DNA of 64,000 nucleotides from a virus: IMG/VR virus record IMGVR_UViG_3300032607_000379, positions 5,383 to 69,382 of that record; one strand, 5' to 3'. Shown piece by piece: positions 1 to 8,752 of this stretch (position 1 is its first letter; each line of letters starts with the position of its first letter). The notes under the pieces were generated by a model. It saw only the letters and a program-made list of their open reading frames with translations, ran no database searches and was not told where the DNA came from. The position numbers and the translations under genes were made by a program.

Positions 1-81
1 TTTGCTGGTAAATGCTTCTTCCAATGCTCCGTTTTTGCGAAGCAGGTAAAGAAGGATGGTGTCGTTGGCTTTGGGGATCAT
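1..81 (-). CDS. hypothetical protein, runs off window edge
   Basis: ATG at 81 overlaps the stop of the upstream ORF (ATGA); reads MIPKANDTILLYLLRKK... to the edge. Confidence 0.45.
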   Translation of the reverse strand, partial: MIPKANDTILLYLLRKNGALEEAFTSK

Positions 82-224
82 GCTTCTTTCCAGCCATAGG
101 CAGAAATGTTGATGTCACAGCTTTTGGAAGTGGATGTATACATTGTTTTTGCAGCAGTACGGCTGATGCCTGTCCATAACAGTCGTTTGCCGTCTTCCAT
201 TTCGATCCAAAATTGGTAGGTCAT
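78..224 (-). CDS. small hypothetical protein (48 aa, MTYQFWIEMEDGKRLLW...)
   Basis: Read by hand; starts 2 nt after the polymerase stop and ends in an ATGA overlap. Confidence 0.6.
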   Translation of the reverse strand: MTYQFWIEMEDGKRLLWTGISRTAAKTMYTSTSKSCDINISAYGWKEA

Positions 225-226
225 AG

Positions 227-990
227 TTATTTTTTCTCTGGTTTAAGGTACTTTTCCTTGCCCTCTTTGCAGAGTTCAAGGATTGTTTGCTTGTCAGCGT
301 TGTTATCAAGCGTGATGGCGTTAGACCAGTTGGGCCAGAAGATGTCTAAGGCAGATCCCAGCTTCACCGTGTCATGCTGGATCTCAGGTAGTTCCTGCCA
401 CTGCATTGACAGCACCAGTTCCCTGTTGGCCCACTCCACTATCTCGATGTTGTCTTTGACAACAAGATAGATAGCGTCATGGATCAGGGCTACTGGTTTG
501 ATGTCAAAGCGGTATTTGGAAGCCCAGACCTTGCGCATGAAGTCCACAGCTGCTCTGTTGTTAAGCAAGCCATAGGACTGACCCATGGCATTGCCTGCGG
601 TTCGTCCTTCAGCTGCAGCTTCGTAAGGCATCTTGGCTGAGCCAAACATGACTTGCTTGAGCAGTGGGGTTCGGACACGCAAACCAAAAGCTACTTCGAC
701 GTAGCCGTCTTTGGCCGCTTGATGAAGCCGGTCTTGGATGTACTGGTCTGAGACTTGGTAAAGGTCGTGGTAGCCCTTTTCAATGGCTTGCGACTTCTCC
801 ATGTCCCAGCCAAGGTTGCTCATCATCCCGTGGTACGTGCCGCCGTAAGTAAGAAGGAAAGCTAAGTGGGAGCCTTCGACTCTTGTCTTAGGCTCCCATA
901 CTCCTTTTTAATGCGATTGACCTGAGTTACATTGAACTCAGTGGCAGAGATTTCTTTAATCCCTTCAATCTTGTCTACGTGTATTTCCAT
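227..990 (-). CDS. DNA polymerase family A, C-terminal subunit (motifs B and C), interrupted by a 5-nt coding gap at 860..864
   Basis: ATG990 frame gives MEIHVDK...LRQESKAPT then TAG. From 859 another frame gives FLLTYGGTYHGMMSN...ALIHDAIY (motif C). Removing 864..860 restores motif B RQESKAPTFLLTYGG (252 aa). Confidence 0.85.
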
Positions 991-1670
991 ACAAATCCGT
1001 AAGCTAGTTTTTGTCTTCCATTCAGCATATTGCTGATTGGGCCGGTTGTTTTTTTGCCGAGTGCATGGGATGCGGCATACAAACTTTCATAGGTAGCCAC
1101 GATGTGCCCATCGGGACTTATTTGTTGGATTGGTTGTTTTTTGTTTGCGTTTGCTGCTGTGTTGCGTAGTGTTTTTTGCCTAATAAGCTCAGCAGTAAAT
1201 GCTTGAACTCGGTCAGCTTTTACCGCAGCATTTCTAAGACTGATGGAAAGTGGGGATAAGGCGTACTCAAACTCTGCAGAAAGCGTTGTCATGTTGTCAC
1301 CTAAAAGAAAGCGAGACAAACATTCTTGAAGTTGGTCGCTAGTCAACTTCTTTTTAGCACTCATAGTTCCTAGCTTGTAAGCATGGAGAAGGTTTTCACT
1401 TTGAGTTACCCACTCAAGGTTGTCCTTGTGTGGGTTGGCTCGATTGGCGTCAAGGTGGTTTACAACTGGCTTGCTTAACAAGTTTGGTACATAGGTCTGC
1501 GCTACAAGTCTATGCACCGTTTTTGGATACTGACGGTTGTTTTTCCATAAGGTGACGTACGGATACCCGTTTTCGTTCAGATGGGGAGTGAGGGTATTTC
1601 CTTTGGAGGAATTAACCACACACCCATCTTCGTTTATCAGGTAGTTTTCAAAATCAGGAATGGGTATCAA
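975..1670 (-). mobile_element. free-standing HNH homing endonuclease (NUMOD4-HNH-NUMOD1, I-HmuI-like layout) inserted in the DNA polymerase gene
   Basis: VHRLVAQTY...VNHLDANRANPHKDNLEWVTQSEN HNH core; C-terminal YESLYAASHALG...AYGFVWKY; overlaps both polymerase pieces; TTG start with GGAG upstream. Confidence 0.9.
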
Positions 1671-3705
1671 AGTAATGCTCCACAGGTATTTTCGATCCGT
1701 CTGGCATTATTATAAAGTCCCCACTTTTGCATAGCAAGGTATTGGTTCCAACTTTTAATTGAAAACACCGTTCGGTAGTTTCTGCCTGCCGAATGTCTTG
1801 AAGCTGATCTTTGAAATAAGAATAAGCACGCAAAGAGTGGCCGCAGTAGCCGTCTGTATACACTTTTAATTTATTTGTGTCCTTTGTAGTTAAAGCACTG
1901 ATCATGTCCTCTAGACTATTAAAGTCAGCCCCACAAAACAGCCATCCTTTTGGTGCTTCAAAGCATTCCTTGATCAGCTTGCCGTAAACAGAGCCAGCTG
2001 GGATGTTCTGCAGATTGGGATCGCTTGAACTCAATCGACCTGAGACAGTGCCGCCCAAATTAAACGAGCCATGTAGCCAGGCTGTACCGTCTTCTTTAAG
2101 CAGCGCTTTTTCAAACGCTGGAATAAAGGTAGACAGGATCTTGCTTACTTTGCCATGCCCAATTAATGCTGAGAGCAGTTCCTTGTGGGAAATGTCTTGT
2201 GCATGGTTGATCAGCTTTTCAAGCGTGTCAGCACCCGTAGAAGGCTGCCCAGTGTCTGTGGTGTCCAGTACTGGCAAGCCCATGTGGGTGTACAAAAGCT
2301 TTTGTAGCTGTTGACCTGAGTTTGGGTTAAACACTACGTTGTCAAACTTCTCCAGCAAGTGCTGTTTGACTTTGAGCTTGGCATTGGCAGCTGTTTGGGC
2401 GTCATTGCGTAGCGTTAAGTTGAGTTGCTGAGACAACACGCTGTTGGTGATCACTGCTAAGTGACTGGCTTGGATAGCTTCAAGTTCTGCTTTGACTTCT
2501 TGCACTTTGTCCTTGTTCAAAGGCATACCTGTCAGCTCCATTTGAATAATCAACTTGAGTGACGGCAGCATCAGATCGTTGTAGAGCGTCAACTGGTTTT
2601 CAGACTCCACAACGGGCAAGTGCTTAGCTTTAACAAAGTTAGTGCACATTGCGTCCACCAAGTTGTACTGGAGCAGTTCAGGCAAAGGAATCCTGCGGAT
2701 GTCCTTGATGTCTTCCTTGGCCCAGTTGCCAGCAAACTCATGAGCCAGTGATTTCAGGCCCAGTACGTTGCCAGCAGTGCTGTTGGTAGCCAAGTACGCG
2801 ATCACCTTGGTGTCGTGCATGTTGGCTGTCATGCAGTCCAAGCCGCGCAGCATGTTAGGTGTGTCCAGTAAGTCATCCATCCACAGGGCGTAGATGATGG
2901 CTTTAACGTCATAGGTGGAATGATGAAAAGTCAGCTCACCTTTGTACTCCATGAAGAACTTCAGCAGCAGGTCACGAACTTGTTTGTTTGGACCAAACCA
3001 TCCATAGAAGCCTTCTGCAGGACGTTCTGCATATTTCTTGTAGTCACAGGCAAAGGCAATGCCGTTGTGCTGATCCCAAGCAAAGGCAATAGTGCCAATG
3101 CCTGCTTCGTTAAACGAGAGCGAGAAGCCTTCGATGTCACAAGCAAGGCTTGGATACTGGTGCAGCGATTGAAGGGCTTCAGCGACGTTCTGGAGCGTCT
3201 CAGGGTAGCTTGCAGAGTGAATGATCCCGCTGCCAAGCGCTTTGTAGTCGCCAGCTATTTTGGAAGCCAAGGTATCTAGGCTCATGGTCAGGCGAGGCTG
3301 CAGATCCGGGTTGAATATCAACTGTCGGTAGTTCAAAGTAAGCACTACATTGAAGTGCTCGTAGCCTTTGACCTTGCAGGGCATTGCATAGCCGTAGTGC
3401 GGCTCAGCTTTGGCTTGGCCAGCAAGTACCTTGAAGTACGCAGCATCAGCCACCAGAAGGTGTTTGACGCCTAGCGAATCCAAAGCTGGCAGGAGCTTTT
3501 GCAAATAGTCTTTGCAATGCCCGGTAGGTGCTTTGTCCTGTTCGTTGTAGCTTAGGGTAAAAGCAATGACATCTTTGATGGGAACATTGCGCTCAGCCAA
3601 GGGGTTGACGTAGCTGTTAACAAGCTCTTGCTTGAAAAAGCTATTGCCCTTGATCAGCAGCGCAACAGGGTATGACTCAGATTCTTCAAAGATGTGGTGT
3701 CGCAT
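1654..3705 (-). CDS. DNA polymerase family A, N-terminal subunit (3'-5' exonuclease to motif A)
   Basis: Exo I CDIEG; TVSGRLSSSDPNLQNIP; motif A GADFNSLED; stops before motif B. Confidence 0.93.
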   Translation of the reverse strand: MRHHIFEESESYPVALLIKGNSFFKQELVNSYVNPLAERNVPIKDVIAFTLSYNEQDKAPTGHCKDYLQKLLPALDSLGVKHLLVADAAYFKVLAGQAKAEPHYGYAMPCKVKGYEHFNVVLTLNYRQLIFNPDLQPRLTMSLDTLASKIAGDYKALGSGIIHSASYPETLQNVAEALQSLHQYPSLACDIEGFSLSFNEAGIGTIAFAWDQHNGIAFACDYKKYAERPAEGFYGWFGPNKQVRDLLLKFFMEYKGELTFHHSTYDVKAIIYALWMDDLLDTPNMLRGLDCMTANMHDTKVIAYLATNSTAGNVLGLKSLAHEFAGNWAKEDIKDIRRIPLPELLQYNLVDAMCTNFVKAKHLPVVESENQLTLYNDLMLPSLKLIIQMELTGMPLNKDKVQEVKAELEAIQASHLAVITNSVLSQQLNLTLRNDAQTAANAKLKVKQHLLEKFDNVVFNPNSGQQLQKLLYTHMGLPVLDTTDTGQPSTGADTLEKLINHAQDISHKELLSALIGHGKVSKILSTFIPAFEKALLKEDGTAWLHGSFNLGGTVSGRLSSSDPNLQNIPAGSVYGKLIKECFEAPKGWLFCGADFNSLEDMISALTTKDTNKLKVYTDGYCGHSLRAYSYFKDQLQDIRQAETTERCFQLKVGTNTLLCKSGDFIIMPDGSKIPVEHYFDTHS

Positions 3706-3709
3706 AGCG

Positions 3710-4228
3710 TTAAATAAGTAGGTTATTGACCATTCGTTGCTTTATAAGCCGGATGGGGATTTGGTTTTTCTGCTGAAGCAGATCCACAGTCTCATCAGAA
3801 AGCTTTTTGGCCCGACAAGGACAGGTATCAATAAGACTTTGAACGGGATGGTGGACAGACTGCGGCAGCAGTCGAAGATAGTCATGTAATTCATTGGATG
3901 AGTTAAGTACCTGAGTTATAAAACCCAGTACATAAGGCAGCTCTTTCTCATTAAGCTGCTTGGTTTCTTTGAGGTACTCATTCATGACAGGGTGCAGCTG
4001 CGGATGTAAACGATTCATCTTGCGTGGCAGCGCTGTAGTATCACAGTTATAAACCACGTTTTTATAAATAAATGAAACATGGGAATGCCCACTTAATATT
4101 GCATTTCTTGTAGCAAGTTGCTGCAAGCGGTCTTTAAACTGTTTGGTCAACGGTGCATAAAGGTGCTTGTAAAGCACATCTTTAATTTGCTGTTTAGTGC
4201 GTGGGTCGTGTTGCAACTGTTCTGTCAT
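3710..4228 (-). CDS. conserved N4-like hypothetical protein between helicase and polymerase
   Basis: 172-aa ORF, syntenic position. Confidence 0.7.
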   Translation of the reverse strand: MTEQLQHDPRTKQQIKDVLYKHLYAPLTKQFKDRLQQLATRNAILSGHSHVSFIYKNVVYNCDTTALPRKMNRLHPQLHPVMNEYLKETKQLNEKELPYVLGFITQVLNSSNELHDYLRLLPQSVHHPVQSLIDTCPCRAKKLSDETVDLLQQKNQIPIRLIKQRMVNNLLI

Positions 4229-4252
4229 GAAAGTACTTAGAAGTTAATTAAG

Positions 4253-5506
4253 TTAAGCCAAATCTCCAGTTAAATAAACATGGTTTCTGGCGCGTGATAC
4301 TGCGACATAAAGCATCCTTGCGATTTGATCTCCGCTGTTACAGCGGCTGATGTCATCCAGGTCAATGAACACCTCGTCAAAGGTGGAGCCTTGGGCTTTG
4401 TTGATGGTGGAGGCGTACACCGCCCGTAGGTCAATCCATTGCTCTTCGATTTCGACTACCAAGTGGTATTCACCGTCAGCACGGGCTTGCTTGATACGGG
4501 CTTTCTTGTCTTGGAGCGATTTGGGCATGAAGGCTGCAATCTCGTTGTTGACAACGAAGTTGTTGCCCATAACGCCCAAGCTTTCTGTATCTGCAGAAAT
4601 CATGTTGATCTGCACCAGTTGACCAGTCTTGAGAGACTTTCGTCCTTGACTGATAAAGCTGTTGCAGACTGCGTAGTCACCGTCTTGAAAGTGCGGATCG
4701 CCTTTGACTTGATTGCTGACAAACTCGTTAAAGCCAATGACACACTTGTTGGTCCACCCAAGGATCTTGGAGTGGGAGTAGCGCCAGTCAGGGCGGCTGA
4801 ATTCCTTGGCAATGGCTTCTTTAAATTCAGAGCGTTCTAAGTACTTGACGTGGTGGCCATCAGGCTTGAATTTGAAAAACTCACCTGAATTGACTGTGTT
4901 CCTGAACTTGGTAGACAAGTCCACAATAGGGTTGCCTGCAGCTTGGCGTACGACGCTGGTCAGTGTTGCACCAGAGAACTTGGTGTTAAATACAGGCGCG
5001 CTTGATGATTTGATTGGGGTCAGCTGCGCTGGATCCCCAACAAAAACAATCTTGCAGTGCTTGGTCAGTTGAAAAATAAACCCCAGCAACTGAGAGTCAA
5101 TGAAGCTGGCTTCGTCAATAAACAGGATAAAGCCTGTCTTGATGTCTGAGCTGCGGGGAACCAGCTTAGTGACATCGGTCTTGTAGTTTGTTTCAACTTG
5201 CAGACCCAGAAAGGAATGGATCGTAGTGGCGTATTGGCCAGTAATATGGCTCAGGTTCTCTGCAGCCTTGTTGGTGGTTGCAGTCAGTTCCACCTCGTAC
5301 TCACATTGCTCTGGATTAACCAAGCTGGCGCTTTTGACGTAGCCTGGGATCTTGTCCAGAATAGTGCGTACCAAGGTGGACTTGCCGCAGCCAGAGTACC
5401 CTGACAGCACAAACACCGTTTCTTCAGGATCAAGCAGGAATACATGAAAGGCTTCCAGAGCAGCCTGTTGGTCAGAGGTGAGAGTGATGTCAGTAGTTTG
5501 AGTCAT
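4253..5506 (-). CDS. superfamily 1 (Dda/RecD-like) DNA helicase
   Basis: Walker A GYSGCGKS, FIDEAS, VGDPAQL, KAQGSTF, YVAVSRA. Confidence 0.93.
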   Translation of the reverse strand: MTQTTDITLTSDQQAALEAFHVFLLDPEETVFVLSGYSGCGKSTLVRTILDKIPGYVKSASLVNPEQCEYEVELTATTNKAAENLSHITGQYATTIHSFLGLQVETNYKTDVTKLVPRSSDIKTGFILFIDEASFIDSQLLGFIFQLTKHCKIVFVGDPAQLTPIKSSSAPVFNTKFSGATLTSVVRQAAGNPIVDLSTKFRNTVNSGEFFKFKPDGHHVKYLERSEFKEAIAKEFSRPDWRYSHSKILGWTNKCVIGFNEFVSNQVKGDPHFQDGDYAVCNSFISQGRKSLKTGQLVQINMISADTESLGVMGNNFVVNNEIAAFMPKSLQDKKARIKQARADGEYHLVVEIEEQWIDLRAVYASTINKAQGSTFDEVFIDLDDISRCNSGDQIARMLYVAVSRARNHVYLTGDLA

Positions 5507-5512
5507 GATGGT

Positions 5513-5815
5513 TTAAGTTGGGCTAGGCGTTACCAGATCACCGGGTTTGACACCCAGAAGAGCTGCTACTTTGATGCGGATGTATTCCGCATGGGACATT
5601 ACTTTGGTTTCAAAGGCTTCCCTTGAATACTCAGTAATGCTGTGTTGTTTTTCATATGGCTCGCTGAGTAACTCAGCATTAGCCAAGCTGGCAATAAATG
5701 ACAAGCCATCTTTGAATGGCAGCACCAGTCTGGTATCCCAGCTAAGCTTAATAATCATGAGATTATCTTTTTGCTTCTGGGCATTAACTGTTTTAAGGGC
5801 TTCTACATATTCCAT
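5513..5815 (-). CDS. hypothetical protein
   Basis: 100-aa ORF tightly packed in the operon. Confidence 0.7.
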   Translation of the reverse strand: MEYVEALKTVNAQKQKDNLMIIKLSWDTRLVLPFKDGLSFIASLANAELLSEPYEKQHSITEYSREAFETKVMSHAEYIRIKVAALLGVKPGDLVTPSPT

Positions 5816-6946
5816 TTAGTTCTCCATAGAGTAATGAATTACTTTGCCAAAGGGCGCAGTAAATTTCTGGTTATCGTGAATAAGCCAGAGTGTTCTGGTC
5901 TTGGTAGTTACATCGTAAAAATTGAAGTAACCGTCCGTGAATACCAGTAGTAGCTGGGGCTTGTTTTCATTAGCCCAGTTCAGTACAGGTTGAATATCTG
6001 TGCCGCCACGACCTACAAAATCAACTTCTTTCAGATCGCGGACATTACGTAGTTGCGTGACAGACTGGATCTCAGTATCAAACTGCACAAGCGTTATCTT
6101 TTCTGGCTTCATCATCTTCATGACGTTGTGTGTTTCACTGACAAAACGCAGAAAGTTTTCATCAGTTACTGATCCAGAGATATCCACAGCAATAGCTATA
6201 TCTATTAACTGTTCGCTGTAAAGGCTAGGCAGGTGATACTGCGGAAAGAAACGCCGATTGGGTTTACGGAAGGTAAAGTCATTCTTGGCAAAGGTCAGCA
6301 GATACTTTTGCAGTATGCGATGCCACGGCAGCTTTGGAGCCAGCAGTTTATTCAGGAATATCTGAATCTCACCGGGAATAGCACCTGGCTTTTCATTAGC
6401 CATCTGGGACTGCAATGCAGCACGCATTAATACGTCCTGCATCTCCTGTTCAACCAGCTCTGTAGGCTGTTCACAGTCCTGTAAATCACCATCCATAGGC
6501 ATAGGCGGTGGTTTAGGCAGCTGTATTAGTATGTTGTATACCTCATCAGCGCTCATGCCTGTATACACACGGTCGGCATAACCTCCCTGCGGCATTTTGA
6601 AACCTCGCTCAATAAGCTGTAGGTTAATAACGTGGTCGCAAGCAATATTGAATATGTGCTTGTCACGCCCAGCTCCACGGATCATGTGCAGATATGCACA
6701 GTGCATTGCTTCATGCAACATGAGGAATATCCGCTGATCGGGATTCAAATCTATAAAGAATTTGGTGTTGTACTTAATAACAGTGCCATTGGTGGCAGCT
6801 GTTGGAATGGAATCGTCAAACGATTGTTTGAGCGAATATGCCAAGGTTGTGAAAAACACTGAGTCAGGAATCAGCATCAGCTGTACCTTGGTTTTACTCA
6901 ATGCAAGTTGCGCTTCATTATGTGTAGTGGTGGACATAGGCTTCAT
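5816..6946 (-). CDS. metallopeptidase-like/vWA domain protein (DUF2201 type; N4 gp25-like)
   Basis: HEAMH zinc motif; MIDAS DISGS...GGTD...FTDG. Confidence 0.88.
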   Translation of the reverse strand: MKPMSTTTHNEAQLALSKTKVQLMLIPDSVFFTTLAYSLKQSFDDSIPTAATNGTVIKYNTKFFIDLNPDQRIFLMLHEAMHCAYLHMIRGAGRDKHIFNIACDHVINLQLIERGFKMPQGGYADRVYTGMSADEVYNILIQLPKPPPMPMDGDLQDCEQPTELVEQEMQDVLMRAALQSQMANEKPGAIPGEIQIFLNKLLAPKLPWHRILQKYLLTFAKNDFTFRKPNRRFFPQYHLPSLYSEQLIDIAIAVDISGSVTDENFLRFVSETHNVMKMMKPEKITLVQFDTEIQSVTQLRNVRDLKEVDFVGRGGTDIQPVLNWANENKPQLLLVFTDGYFNFYDVTTKTRTLWLIHDNQKFTAPFGKVIHYSMEN

Positions 6947-7012
6947 TCAGTTAAAGGTGGGCCTATGGCCCGGATCACCAAGGCGCAAGGAATGTGCTTG
7001 ATATTCAGTAAG

Positions 7013-7201
7013 TCAAACTACTTCAGTAGCTTGCCTTTGCAAACGCTTAATACCTTCACGGTAGTATTCAGACATTTTGTGGCTGTAGGAAGTAGCCGCT
7101 TCATGCTCAAGCAAGTTGCGCTCATAATCGCGAAGGGTTTCCTGAATAATGTCTTTTGCCAAAGGTTTATGAAACGGATTGATAAGACTGATTAACTTCA
7201 T
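7013..7201 (-). CDS. hypothetical protein
   Basis: AAGGA RBS before ATG 7201. Confidence 0.6.
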   Translation of the reverse strand: MKLISLINPFHKPLAKDIIQETLRDYERNLLEHEAATSYSHKMSEYYREGIKRLQRQATEVV

Positions 7202-7229
7202 TTGTATATCCTTGAATATGTTGAGACAT

Positions 7230-7253
7230 AAAAAAGCCACCTCAAGGGTGGCT
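7230..7253 (-). terminator. rho-independent terminator
   Basis: AGCCACC-tcaag-GGTGGCT followed by a U tract on the minus strand. Confidence 0.7.
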
Positions 7254-7273
7254 GCATATTAAATAGATACTAT

Positions 7274-8305
7274 TTAAAAGAGTGCTTCTGCAAAATCTAC
7301 CCGCCATTTAACAATGGCAGGATGTTGCAGCAGGGGTTTATTACGCTGGGTTGTTTCGCGTACTGTAATTACTTGGAACTCATGCGGCATCCGGTTGACG
7401 AACTTCATCAGTTGACCAAGGTTAGCGTCTGTAGCGTTATGTGCCAAAGCGCCTGTAATGGCGTACTGCACAGATGGCTCTGTTGGCACTTTGACAGTGT
7501 CAGGTGAGGCTACGATCTGGCTGATCTTTGGCAGGGTGTCATAGATCTTGCAGAACGTGATGAACTCACGGGCTACGCCTTCTGACACAGTGCCTGCGTA
7601 CAGCTGGAGCGCCAATGGATCCGTAGCTGGTATTTCTGCCATCAAACGGCTCAGGAACTCCCAGGTGCGTGGACAAGCATAGGTACTGTCCGTATGGTCA
7701 GGCTTGAACGTGAAGACCGCTGATGGTTTGAATTTGACGTAGTCCACGATCTGGTGATTGATGCCTGCTTCTGCAGCCCAGTTCACCCATTCTTCAGCGT
7801 CAATTTCCAGCTCCATGTGGATTAGACGAGACTGCAAAGCAGTGCTCATCGGCTGCACGATGGCGTTGTCTGTCTCCAGATTGCCAGCGCACATAATGGC
7901 GACATTTTTGTGCAGTGCGTATGCACCTACCATGCGGTCCAGCACCAGCTTGTAGGCAGCTGCTTGCACAGCAGGTGAGGCAGAGTTGAACTCATCGAGA
8001 AACAGCAGCCAGCCTGAATAGCCTGGTGGCAGTGGATCTCCCTCGATGGGGAAAGTCTCCATGGGCACATACCCAGCACGGGCTTTACGAGGGTCAATGT
8101 TGGTGCCGATTGATGGAAAGCCCAGAAGGTCAGTGGGATCGCACTGGCTCAAGCGCAAGTCAATGACTTTCAAGTTGTAGTCTGCTGCGATCTTGTAGCC
8201 GATCTGGGATTTGCCACAGCCAGGGCTACCTGAAAGCATGGGCACAAGTTTGGCTTTAATAACTGCCGTGATCAGACTGACGGCTTGAGAGACTTTGACT
8301 TTCAC
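7274..8305 (-). CDS. MoxR-like AAA+ ATPase (N4 gp24-like)
   Basis: GSPGCGKS, LFLDEFN, CPRTWE; near the vWA gene. Confidence 0.88.
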   Translation of the reverse strand: MKVKVSQAVSLITAVIKAKLVPMLSGSPGCGKSQIGYKIAADYNLKVIDLRLSQCDPTDLLGFPSIGTNIDPRKARAGYVPMETFPIEGDPLPPGYSGWLLFLDEFNSASPAVQAAAYKLVLDRMVGAYALHKNVAIMCAGNLETDNAIVQPMSTALQSRLIHMELEIDAEEWVNWAAEAGINHQIVDYVKFKPSAVFTFKPDHTDSTYACPRTWEFLSRLMAEIPATDPLALQLYAGTVSEGVAREFITFCKIYDTLPKISQIVASPDTVKVPTEPSVQYAITGALAHNATDANLGQLMKFVNRMPHEFQVITVRETTQRNKPLLQHPAIVKWRVDFAEALF

Positions 8306-8319
8306 AATAAGACTTTCTG

Positions 8320-8508
8320 TTAATTACTGAGCTGGCTCAGCAGAGTGTTGTGGTACGTCATCAACAAAGTAGTGATGTCGTTCTTGGTAGTAATGGGTAG
8401 CTTGGAGTCGGCGTAGTCCACCACCTCTTGCAAGCTGTTTAATGTAGGGAACAGCGGCATAGCCACCGCACGGAGTCGCGGCTTAAAGGAACAGTGGGAC
8501 TTAGACAT
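8320..8508 (-). CDS. hypothetical protein
   Basis: Short ORF overlapping the upstream gene. Confidence 0.55.
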   Translation of the reverse strand: MSKSHCSFKPRLRAVAMPLFPTLNSLQEVVDYADSKLPITTKNDITTLLMTYHNTLLSQLSN

Positions 8509-8752
8509 TCGGTTGACTGGGGCTGAACAGGTTTTTAATAAAGCGAAGCGTTAGATAGACAAGACTTGGCTTAGTTGGAATCACTACTGGTTTGTTGTGC
8601 TTGACTAAACCCATCTCATGCTCTTTCAGAACGCGACGGATAGTACGTGCAGAGCATTTGTACATCTCTGCTAGTTCCTTGATGCTTACTTTTTGTCGGT
8701 GGAAGAAAGCAATTCCATGTTTGTCTGATTGCTTAATGCACTTAACGGTCAT
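8501..8752 (-). CDS. small helix-turn-helix protein
   Basis: SIKELAEMYKCSARTIRRVL HTH pattern; AAGGA RBS. Confidence 0.7.
   Translation of the reverse strand: MTVKCIKQSDKHGIAFFHRQKVSIKELAEMYKCSARTIRRVLKEHEMGLVKHNKPVVIPTKPSLVYLTLRFIKNLFSPSQPNV

Noticed and set aside
227-826. Pol C-terminal piece starting at ATG826 as in the ORF track
   Set aside because: It would omit FLLTYGG of motif B and has no clear RBS; conserved coding continues upstream to 859.
860-864. Genome-wide TAG reassignment
   Set aside because: Read-through of this TAG would stay in the wrong frame, and the other genes are full length under the standard code.
860-1670. Group I intron around the HNH gene
   Set aside because: The HNH ORF overlaps both polymerase pieces and the sequence between it and the gap encodes conserved polymerase residues, leaving no room for a ribozyme core. 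The 5-nt gap starts with UAG like many phage introns but is far too short to splice; an intron remnant or a collapsed assembly cannot be fully excluded.
227-3705. Polymerase pseudogene
   Set aside because: All catalytic motifs are intact and there is no other sign of decay in this or neighbouring genes of a lytic phage.
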